The position numbers were made by a program, and so were the translations under genes. Below are positions 24,517-32,000 of a stretch of DNA of 32,000 nt, piece by piece. The DNA is from an uncultured Clostridia bacterium (GTDB taxonomy: Bacteria; Bacillota; Clostridia; TANB77; CAG-508), in the NCBI GenBank assembly GCA_944388045.1, contig CALXHG010000020.1, positions 1 to 32,000 of the forward strand, read 5' to 3'. The notes below the pieces were generated by a model. It did not search any database and was not told the origin of the DNA. It saw nothing but the letters and a program-made list of their open reading frames with translations. Every line of letters starts with the position of its first letter. The stretch's first letter is position 1.

Positions 24517-24551
24517 AAGTTCAAAGAAAAAGAACTTATATTATTTTTTTT
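24512..24551 (+). terminator. Rho-independent terminator overlapping the -10 box
   Basis: 11-bp arms aatataagttc and gaacttatatt, 9-nt loop, T8 run. Confidence 0.55.
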
Positions 24552-24586
24552 CAAAGAAATTATAAATAGAATAGGAGGAAAAATTT

Positions 24587-25612
24587 GTGATTCAGGTAGA
24601 AAATGTTACAAAAAGATATGGAAGTTTTACTGCTGTGAATAATATTAGTTTTGAGATTGACGAAGGGGAAGTTGTAGGATTTTTAGGACCAAATGGAGCT
24701 GGAAAAAGTACAACAATGAATATGATTACAGGTTTTATTGAGCCTTCTGAGGGAAAAATTATTGTAGATGGTTATGATATTTCTAAAAAACCAAAAAAAG
24801 CAAAAAGGCAAATTGGTTATATGCCTGAAGGAGTACCTTTATATAGTGATTTAACAGTTAAAGAATTTGTTACATATATGGCAGAATTAAAAGGATGTGA
24901 ATCTAAAACCAAAAAAGAAAAAGTACAAAAAGTTTTAGAAGAAACAGGCCTAGTAGATGTTCAAAATAAATTAACAAAGAATTTATCAAGAGGATATAAA
25001 CAAAGAGTTAGTATGGCAGGAGCATTGGTCGGGGATCCAAAAGTAATTATATTAGACGAACCAACAGTTGGGCTAGATCCAAAACAAGTTACAGAAATAA
25101 GAACTTTAATAAAAAAACTAGGAAAAAATCATACAGTTATTTTAAGTTCACATATCCTTTCAGAAGTTAGCCAAATTTGTGATAAAGTTATAATTATAAA
25201 TAAAGGAAAAATAATTGCAATAGACACACCAGAAAATTTAGAAAATAAAGTTGTAGATGAAAATTCAATATATGTAACTGTTGAAGATTCAGAAGAAAAA
25301 ATGAGTAATATTAAAGATAAGTTATCTCAAGTTAAAGAAATAAAATTAATAGCTAAAAATGAAGATAAAACTAAAAAATATATTATAATAGGTGAGAAGA
25401 ATGTAGATTTAAGAAAAGATATATTCGAAACATTTGCTAAAGAAGGAATTACAATTTTTGAAATGAAAAAAGCAGATGCAACACTAGAAGATGCATTTAT
25501 GAAAATAATTGAAGATACTCAAGAAGAAACAAACAAATTAAATAATAAAGAAGAAATAACAAAAAAAGAAGAAAACGAAAATGAAAAAGCTAATAAAAAG
25601 GAGGAAAAATAA
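24587..25612 (+). CDS. ABC transporter ATP-binding protein (ABC-2/GldA-like subfamily) with a Lys/Glu-rich tail
   Basis: Walker A GPNGAGKST, signature LSRGYKQR, Walker B IILDEPTVGLD. GTG start 8 nt after AGGAGG. Confidence 0.85.
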   Translation: MIQVENVTKRYGSFTAVNNISFEIDEGEVVGFLGPNGAGKSTTMNMITGFIEPSEGKIIVDGYDISKKPKKAKRQIGYMPEGVPLYSDLTVKEFVTYMAELKGCESKTKKEKVQKVLEETGLVDVQNKLTKNLSRGYKQRVSMAGALVGDPKVIILDEPTVGLDPKQVTEIRTLIKKLGKNHTVILSSHILSEVSQICDKVIIINKGKIIAIDTPENLENKVVDENSIYVTVEDSEEKMSNIKDKLSQVKEIKLIAKNEDKTKKYIIIGEKNVDLRKDIFETFAKEGITIFEMKKADATLEDAFMKIIEDTQEETNKLNNKEEITKKEENENEKANKKEEK

Positions 25613-26295
25613 TGTTAGCGGTATTAAAGAAAGAATTTAAAAGTTACTTTTTATCTCCAATAGGATATGTTGTAATAGGGATATTCCTGTTCGTTTTTAG
25701 TGTTTTTTTCTATTTAACAACAATATTATATGGAACTGTTGATTTAGGGTCATTATATTTTTACACAGCTTTATATGGACTAATTATTATTGCACCTATA
25801 TTGACTATGAGAATGTTTGCAGAAGAAAGAAAATCTGGAACAGAACAATTAATATTAACTTCACCAGTAAGTATGATAGGAGTTGTTTTTGGAAAATTTT
25901 TGGCTGCAATGGGAGTTATTATTATTACTCTTTTATTATCTTTTATGTATTTCTTTATAGTACAATATTTTGGAAAACCAAATCTTTCAGCAGTATTAGT
26001 ACATATGCTTGGATTTGTTTTAGTTAGTGGAGCTGCAATTTCTATAGGAATGTTTGCATCTAGTATTACTGAAAATCAAATAATTGCAGGAGTTATAACT
26101 ATTGCATTTTTAGTTATGACACTATTTTTACAAGATGTAAATAGTGTGTTTGCTAATGCATCTATAATGAATTTTTATAATAATTTTTCAAGTGGGGTTA
26201 TTTCATTAAAAGAAGTTTTGGGATTAATTTCATTTACTGCAATGTTTATTGCTTTTACAATTATAGTTATGCAAAGACGTAAGTTAGTAAAATAA
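25612..26295 (+). CDS. ABC-2 type transporter permease (GldF-like)
   Basis: 227 aa with about six TM segments and FAEERKSGTEQL (the ABC-2 permease motif). Its start overlaps the upstream stop by 1 nt. Confidence 0.75.
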   Translation: MLAVLKKEFKSYFLSPIGYVVIGIFLFVFSVFFYLTTILYGTVDLGSLYFYTALYGLIIIAPILTMRMFAEERKSGTEQLILTSPVSMIGVVFGKFLAAMGVIIITLLLSFMYFFIVQYFGKPNLSAVLVHMLGFVLVSGAAISIGMFASSITENQIIAGVITIAFLVMTLFLQDVNSVFANASIMNFYNNFSSGVISLKEVLGLISFTAMFIAFTIIVMQRRKLVK

Positions 26296-26319
26296 ACAGA
26301 AAGAAAGGAAAGAGTAAAA

Positions 26320-27768
26320 TTGAAAAAATTTTTAGAAATTATAAAAAGCAAATGGCTAATTAGAGGAACGACAACATTATTATTAATTTTAATAATTATT
26401 GCACTTTATATAGGTATAAACATAATATCAAATGAGTTGAATATTGCAGATTTAGACTTTACAGAAAAAAAGTTATATTCTTTATCTGATGAGACAAAGT
26501 CAAAATTAAAAAATTTAGAGCAAGATGTAATTATTCAATTAATTAATACTTCAGATTATACATATTTAACAGATTATGCTAAAAAATATGAAACAATAAG
26601 TGATAAAATAAAAGTTGAAGAAATTACAGATTTATCATCAAGAGTTGATTTAAAAACAGAATATAATCTTGAAGATACAGATATGTTAATTGTAATAAAA
26701 GAAGGTGACCAAGAACAAGTTATTCATGAGTATGATTTATATACATATGATTATTCATCAGGAAAACAAATAGATTTAACAGAAGAAGCAATAACAAATG
26801 CAATTGTAGGATTATCAATTACAGATAAACCTAAGGTATATATTTTTTCTGGAAAAACACTATATAATCCAGAACAATCATTATATAGCATAGTTAATAG
26901 TTTAACTCAAGAGGCAAATGATGTAGAATATTTAGATATGTTATCAACAGGAGAAGTTCCTGAAGATTGTGATTGTTTAATTATAACAACATTAAGCCAA
27001 GACTTAAATGAACTTGAAAGGGACAAAATATTAGAATATATTAGACGTGGTGGAAAAATAATGTTATTAACTTCTCAAAATATTGTAGAAGAAGAAATGC
27101 CTAATCTTAAACAAATATTTAATGAATATGGATTAAACATAAATTATGGAGTTATATTTGAACAAGATACATCTAAAATGTTACAAAATGCACCAGAGTT
27201 TGCAATAACAGATGCTTATGCAAGTTTTATGCAAGATATAGACATGTCATTAAAAATGTGTTTTGTTGATGCAGGAAGAATAGAATTTGCTGATGATGAG
27301 AAACTAGAAGAATTAGGTGTAACATATGAAACAATTGCAAAAACAGGAGAAACATCATTTATAAGAACAAATTTTGAAAGTCAATCATATACAAAAACAG
27401 ATGAAGATGGAGATGAAGGAGAATTTATCGTTGGAGCATATGTGACTAAAAAGATATCTGATGATATAACTTCTGAATTAATAATTTATTCTAGTGAAGT
27501 TTCGGCTTCAAATATGCAAATCCCTATAAGTAGTGAATATTATTTATATGCAATCGATTTGCATAACAATGAAGATGCTATATTAAACTCAATTTCTCAT
27601 TTGACTGAAAGAACAGATACTATTACAATAAGAAAAGATGATGATTCTGAGGTATATACTGTTTCTGAACAAGAAGATATTATTATTAGGATAATTATAT
27701 TTGCAGTTCCAGTAATAATTATATTTATTGGAGTTATAGTTGCAATAATAAGAAAAAGAAGAAAATAA
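26320..27768 (+). CDS. GldG-like ABC-transporter auxiliary protein (ABC_transp_aux family), anchored at both ends
   Basis: N-terminal and C-terminal TM anchors flank a large extracytoplasmic domain. It is the third gene of the ATPase/permease operon. TTG start with an AAGGAAAGAG RBS. Confidence 0.6.
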   Translation: MKKFLEIIKSKWLIRGTTTLLLILIIIALYIGINIISNELNIADLDFTEKKLYSLSDETKSKLKNLEQDVIIQLINTSDYTYLTDYAKKYETISDKIKVEEITDLSSRVDLKTEYNLEDTDMLIVIKEGDQEQVIHEYDLYTYDYSSGKQIDLTEEAITNAIVGLSITDKPKVYIFSGKTLYNPEQSLYSIVNSLTQEANDVEYLDMLSTGEVPEDCDCLIITTLSQDLNELERDKILEYIRRGGKIMLLTSQNIVEEEMPNLKQIFNEYGLNINYGVIFEQDTSKMLQNAPEFAITDAYASFMQDIDMSLKMCFVDAGRIEFADDEKLEELGVTYETIAKTGETSFIRTNFESQSYTKTDEDGDEGEFIVGAYVTKKISDDITSELIIYSSEVSASNMQIPISSEYYLYAIDLHNNEDAILNSISHLTERTDTITIRKDDDSEVYTVSEQEDIIIRIIIFAVPVIIIFIGVIVAIIRKRRK

Positions 27769-27776
27769 AAATTGCG

Positions 27777-27821
27777 AAAATCATAAGAATTAGAAAAAAT
27801 GCTATTTCTTATGATTTTTTT
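27777..27821 (+). terminator. Rho-independent terminator of the ABC operon
   Basis: 13-bp arms aaaatcataagaa and ttcttatgatttt, followed by T residues. Confidence 0.6.
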
Positions 27822-28020
27822 GTCTGCCATAAAAAATTAAATCAAGTAGAAAGAAATTAAAATTATAAGATTTAAAATTTTATTCCATATAATGTAGTAT
27901 GTAAATTGAATGAAAACAATAAATAGATGAATATAAGTAAAAAAAAGTAATATAAATTTATTACATTAAATAAAAATTTATAGATAATTAAAATTCTAAA
28001 TTAATAATGAGGAATAGATA

Positions 28021-29046
28021 ATGAGAGAAATTATATCAATTACATTAGTGATTATAGGTGCTTTAGTAGGTGCTGGATTTGCTTCTGGACAGGAAATTTT
28101 TTCGTTTTTTTACTTATATGGAGTATATGGAGTTTTTGGAATAATCCTGATGTGCATATTAATGTATATACTTATTTATAAGACATTAAAGATTATATAT
28201 TTAAATAAAATAGATAATTATAATGAATTTTTAAAACTATTTTTAAAAGAAAATAAAGCTAATAAAATAATAAATATAATAATTAATATATTATTATTAT
28301 TTTCCTTTTTTATAATGGTTGCTGGGTTTGGAGCATATTTTGAACAAGAACTAGGAATAAATAGACTTTTTGGGAGCTTTTTGTTTTCTTTTCTGTGTGC
28401 AATTGTATTTTTTTTAGATATAAAAGGTATTCTTAAAATAAGTAATATTGTTGTACCAGTATTAATTATATTTATTATTTTTATAGGAATTAAAAATATT
28501 TTAAATATTCAGGATATTAAATTAATTAGAACAAAAAATAATTGGATAATGAGTTCAATATTATATACTAGTTATAATTTAATATTATTAATACCAGTAT
28601 TAATATCTTTAAGAAAACAAATCAGTAAAGAACTAAATATAAAATATATAGCTTTTTTTAGTTCAATTATAATAAATATTTTGGCAATTTTAATTTTTAT
28701 GTTAATGGCAGAATGGAATTTAATAGACTTAGAAAAACAAGAAATGCCTGCTATCTATATTGTAAGAAATAAATTTTTTGAATTTAGAAATATGTATGCA
28801 TTTATAATTTTGGCTTCTATTTTTACAACAGCTATTTCAGTAGGAATAGGATTTTTACAAAATATAAGTAAAAATAAAAAAAGTTATACACAATATGTTA
28901 TAATTATGTGTATAACTAGTTTGTTTATAACTAAAATAGGTTTTTCTAAAGTAATGAATTTTATATATCCTGTTTTTGGTTATTTTGGAATTATGCAAAT
29001 AGTATTAATATTAACTAGAAAATTAAAAAATGATATTGCTAAATAA
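28021..29046 (+). CDS. YkvI-family membrane protein (putative transporter)
   Basis: The N-terminal motif IGALVGAGFASGQEIFSFF is typical of YkvI-like proteins, and the protein has about ten TM segments. Confidence 0.65.
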   Translation: MREIISITLVIIGALVGAGFASGQEIFSFFYLYGVYGVFGIILMCILMYILIYKTLKIIYLNKIDNYNEFLKLFLKENKANKIINIIINILLLFSFFIMVAGFGAYFEQELGINRLFGSFLFSFLCAIVFFLDIKGILKISNIVVPVLIIFIIFIGIKNILNIQDIKLIRTKNNWIMSSILYTSYNLILLIPVLISLRKQISKELNIKYIAFFSSIIINILAILIFMLMAEWNLIDLEKQEMPAIYIVRNKFFEFRNMYAFIILASIFTTAISVGIGFLQNISKNKKSYTQYVIIMCITSLFITKIGFSKVMNFIYPVFGYFGIMQIVLILTRKLKNDIAK

Positions 29047-29097
29047 TGGTTAAATGTGATAAACTAATAGTATTAAAAAAGAAAGGAATACAAAAAG

Positions 29098-30282
29098 ATG
29101 AAAGATTTTTGGGCTGAAGGGCTACAGAATCGTAGAAAACATAAGGTTATAAAGGCTATAGTATTATGGATATTAATCTTAATATTCTTGTTTATAATTT
29201 TATTAAATATTATCTATTATTATAATATTAATTTTAGAAACTGGTGTGATGAAAATATAATAAAAAAAGAAATATTTCAGAAAGATGTTAAAGTTATAGA
29301 AATAGATAATAATGAAAACATTCAAGTATATGCATATGATAAATATATTTGTATACTTTCTAAAAAGAAATTGAATCTATATAATAGAGTTGGAACACAA
29401 ATAGCGTCAATAGATGTAGATATTGTTAATGCAGAATTTAGTTCTTCAGGTAGATATTTAACTATAAGTGAAAAAAATGGTCAAAAATTTTATTTAATTT
29501 CAGATAAAGAAATTTTATATGAAAACAATATAGAAGGAAATATAACAGAAATTAATGTTAATAGAAATGGATTTGTATCTGTTCTTATATCTAATACAAC
29601 ATACAAATCTGTTATAGAAGTATTTGATAAAACTGGAACAGAAATTTTTAGAACAAATTTAGTAAGTTCTAGAGTAGTAGATATTAGTGTTTCACAAGAT
29701 AGTAAATATTTAGCAATAGCAGAAGTTGACATATCTGGAATTATAATAAAATCTAATGTTATGATTGTTTCTTTTGAAATAGCACAAACAAATTCTGATG
29801 AAGCAATAATATATAAATATGAAGCTCCTATAGGTAAATTGATTACAAATATAAATTATCAAGAAAATGAAAAATTAATATGTATGTTTGATGACTCGAT
29901 AGGGGTACTGGAAAATAAAAATTACAAAGAATTAATGCAGATAAACAAAGATAATATAGTATTTGTCACAATTGGACTAAATAATAGAATTATTGTTGTT
30001 GAAGAAAATTCAACAGGAGAGTATACATCTGACACAAGTGTTTTTATTATTAATCCACAAAATAGTAAAAAAAGAGAATATCATACAGATAATGTTGCAA
30101 AAGCTATTTATACATATTCTAATAAAATTGCAATTAATTTTGGAACAGAATTACATATTATTGGCACAAATGGTATTTTGATAAAAAAATATATTTCTGA
30201 GTCAGAAATTAATGATATAGTAATGACAGATAATTTAGTTGCAATAGTATATAATGATAAAATTGCAATTGTTGATTTTTAA
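29098..30282 (+). CDS. Membrane-anchored repeat (beta-propeller-like) protein, DUF5711-like
   Basis: A single N-terminal TM segment is followed by repeated beta-strand-rich units (YLTISEKNG, FVSVLISN, YLAIAEVD, LVAIVYND). It lies upstream of cvpA, as I recall for this family in Clostridia. Confidence 0.5.
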   Translation: MKDFWAEGLQNRRKHKVIKAIVLWILILIFLFIILLNIIYYYNINFRNWCDENIIKKEIFQKDVKVIEIDNNENIQVYAYDKYICILSKKKLNLYNRVGTQIASIDVDIVNAEFSSSGRYLTISEKNGQKFYLISDKEILYENNIEGNITEINVNRNGFVSVLISNTTYKSVIEVFDKTGTEIFRTNLVSSRVVDISVSQDSKYLAIAEVDISGIIIKSNVMIVSFEIAQTNSDEAIIYKYEAPIGKLITNINYQENEKLICMFDDSIGVLENKNYKELMQINKDNIVFVTIGLNNRIIVVEENSTGEYTSDTSVFIINPQNSKKREYHTDNVAKAIYTYSNKIAINFGTELHIIGTNGILIKKYISESEINDIVMTDNLVAIVYNDKIAIVDF

Positions 30283-30309
30283 ACATAAAAATAATAAGGA
30301 GGAATAAAA

Positions 30310-30954
30310 ATGATAGGAATTATTTTTGATATTATTTTAGTAGCTATTATAGCATTAAATATATTTATTTGTTATAGAAAAGGATTAGTGAAATTAGCAG
30401 TTGGATTAATTGCAGTTCTAGCAGCAATTATAATTTCTATAGTATTATATAAACCAGTTTCAAATATTATTATAGAAAATACTGAATTTGATGAAAAAAT
30501 AGAAAATACAATAATAGAGAATTTTTCTGTTGAAGTGGAAGAACAACAAGAAGAAACAGATAATGGATTTATGAAATATATGGAGAAATATGTTAATGAT
30601 TCTGTTAATAAAACAAGAAACCAAATAGTACTTGAGGCTTCAAATGTAATTGCAACAAAAGTTATTAATATATGTGCATTTTTGGGTATTTTTATAATAG
30701 CTAGACTTGTTTTAATATTATTGACATTTGTTGCAGATATAATTATGAGTTTACCTATATTAAAACAATTTAATAAAGCAGGTGGAATTATTTATGGATT
30801 AATAAAAGCATTATTGATTATTTATGTTATATTGGCAATTATATTCTTTATAATATATATTTCTGGAAATACAACACTTTCAAATGCAATATCTAGTTCA
30901 TATATTACTAAATTCTTTTATAATAATAATTTATTGTTAAATTTAATATTTTAA
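30310..30954 (+). CDS. CvpA-family membrane protein
   Basis: The N-terminus DIILVAIIALNIFICYRKGLVKLAVGLIAVLAAIIIS is typical of CvpA, and the protein has four TM segments. AAGGAGG RBS. Confidence 0.65.
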   Translation: MIGIIFDIILVAIIALNIFICYRKGLVKLAVGLIAVLAAIIISIVLYKPVSNIIIENTEFDEKIENTIIENFSVEVEEQQEETDNGFMKYMEKYVNDSVNKTRNQIVLEASNVIATKVINICAFLGIFIIARLVLILLTFVADIIMSLPILKQFNKAGGIIYGLIKALLIIYVILAIIFFIIYISGNTTLSNAISSSYITKFFYNNNLLLNLIF

Positions 30955-31118
30955 AATTTAAAAAGGTTTCTAAATTAAATTTAGAAATCTTTTCTAATTT
31001 TGTGAATAAATTGTGAAAATTTTATTAAATATTTGTTAATATATTGAAAAAACTTGTAAAATTTGATATGCTATAAAAGCAAGTATTTTATAATTTTATA
31101 AATAGGGGTGAATTAACA

Positions 31119-32000
31119 TTGACTAAGAAAAAGAAAAAGTCAAGTGTTTTAAAAAGAATAATAATTTTTTTGTTAATATTACTAATAGGATGTATAGGAT
31201 TTATTGGATATAAAACACATGCAAATGGAGGAGGAATGCAAGGATTTTTATCAACTATAGTAGGTAATAATGAATCTACTTTAGAAGAATTAGATCCAAT
31301 TCAAATTTTATTATTAGGAGTTAGTACAGACTTAGGTGGGAAGATTACTGATACTATAATGGTTGCAACATATAATCCAAAAAATCAAACAGCATCATTA
31401 CTATCTATTCCAAGAGATACATATACAGGAAATGATTATGCAAATGGTTCTGCTAGTGAAAAAATAAATGCATTATATACTAGAGGAATTGATAAATTAT
31501 TAGATGAAGTTAATGAATTGACAGGACTAGACTTAAAATATTATATGGTAATAGATAATCAAGCATTAATAAAATTAGTAGATGTTCTTGAAGGTGTTGA
31601 ATTTGAAGTTCCAATAGATATGTATTATACAGATAAAACACAAGGACTAAAAATAGATTTAAAACAAGGACTACAAGTATTAGATGGTAATAAGGCAGAA
31701 CAATTATTACGTTTTAGAAAAAATGATGATGGAACAGGATATCCTGCTTGGTATGGCTCTGATGATATAGGAAGAATGAAAACACAAAGGAATTTTATAA
31801 TGGCAACAGCAAAACAAGCTTTACAAGCTAAAAACATATTTAAAATAAGAGATATAATTGATATATTATATGAATATGTTGAAACAAATTTATCTATATC
31901 AGATATAAAAGCATATGTTCCATATGCAATAAACTTTGATATTAATAATTTAAAAAGTGCAGTACTACCAGGAGTTTCTGTAGGACCAACACAAACAGGT
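31119..32000 (+). CDS. LytR-CpsA-Psr (LCP) family cell-envelope phosphotransferase, 3' end outside the window
   Basis: Not in the ORF track because no stop lies inside the window. TTG start after AGGGGTG. An N-terminal TM anchor is followed by ILLLGVSTD..TDTIMVATYNP...LLSIPRDTY and RFRKNDDG..DIGRMKTQRNF. The frame is open to nt 32000. Confidence 0.8.
   Translation, partial: MTKKKKKSSVLKRIIIFLLILLIGCIGFIGYKTHANGGGMQGFLSTIVGNNESTLEELDPIQILLLGVSTDLGGKITDTIMVATYNPKNQTASLLSIPRDTYTGNDYANGSASEKINALYTRGIDKLLDEVNELTGLDLKYYMVIDNQALIKLVDVLEGVEFEVPIDMYYTDKTQGLKIDLKQGLQVLDGNKAEQLLRFRKNDDGTGYPAWYGSDDIGRMKTQRNFIMATAKQALQAKNIFKIRDIIDILYEYVETNLSISDIKAYVPYAINFDINNLKSAVLPGVSVGPTQTG

Overview
Extremely AT-rich window from a low-GC Gram-positive, Clostridia-like chromosome; several intergenic tracts are almost pure A/T. 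The left half (1-15.7 kb) is a mosaic of mobile-element remnants and core genes. It starts with the right end of an integrative element: a Rep_trans/MOB_T-like relaxase (5' truncated by the window), a small xis-like HTH protein and a tyrosine integrase. Next comes a VirB4-like conjugation ATPase with a damaged 5' end and a long in-frame Lys/Asn-rich tract, then a 241-aa unknown protein and an XRE regulator with a divergent small ORF. The core replication genes gyrA (plus strand) and dnaI-like/DnaD-domain (minus strand) follow. After them, on the minus strand, lies the rest of a Gram-positive type IV secretion operon: T4CP/VirD4-like, VirB2-like, VirB6-like and VirB3/PrgI-like genes. The T4SS gene set is therefore split into two oppositely oriented blocks that bracket gyrA-dnaI-dnaD. 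One inversion of about 9 kb would rejoin virB3 to virB4. Strand-asymmetric, nearly G/C-free minisatellite-like tracts occur only inside the T4SS blocks. The right half (15.7-32 kb) looks like ordinary housekeeping sequence. It holds a DUF1858-like protein, a tRNA-Lys/Glu/Thr cluster, an SDR reductase, a VanW/G5 protein, a second tRNA-Lys, a CapA-like protein and an ABC-F ATPase. It also holds a UPF0016/GDT1 transporter, an orphan pilin-like protein, an ABC/ABC-2/GldG-like transporter trio, YkvI, a DUF5711-like protein, CvpA and a 3'-truncated LCP-family protein. No CRISPR array, rRNA or recognisable defence system was seen. All functional calls rest on motif recognition by eye and were not checked against any database.
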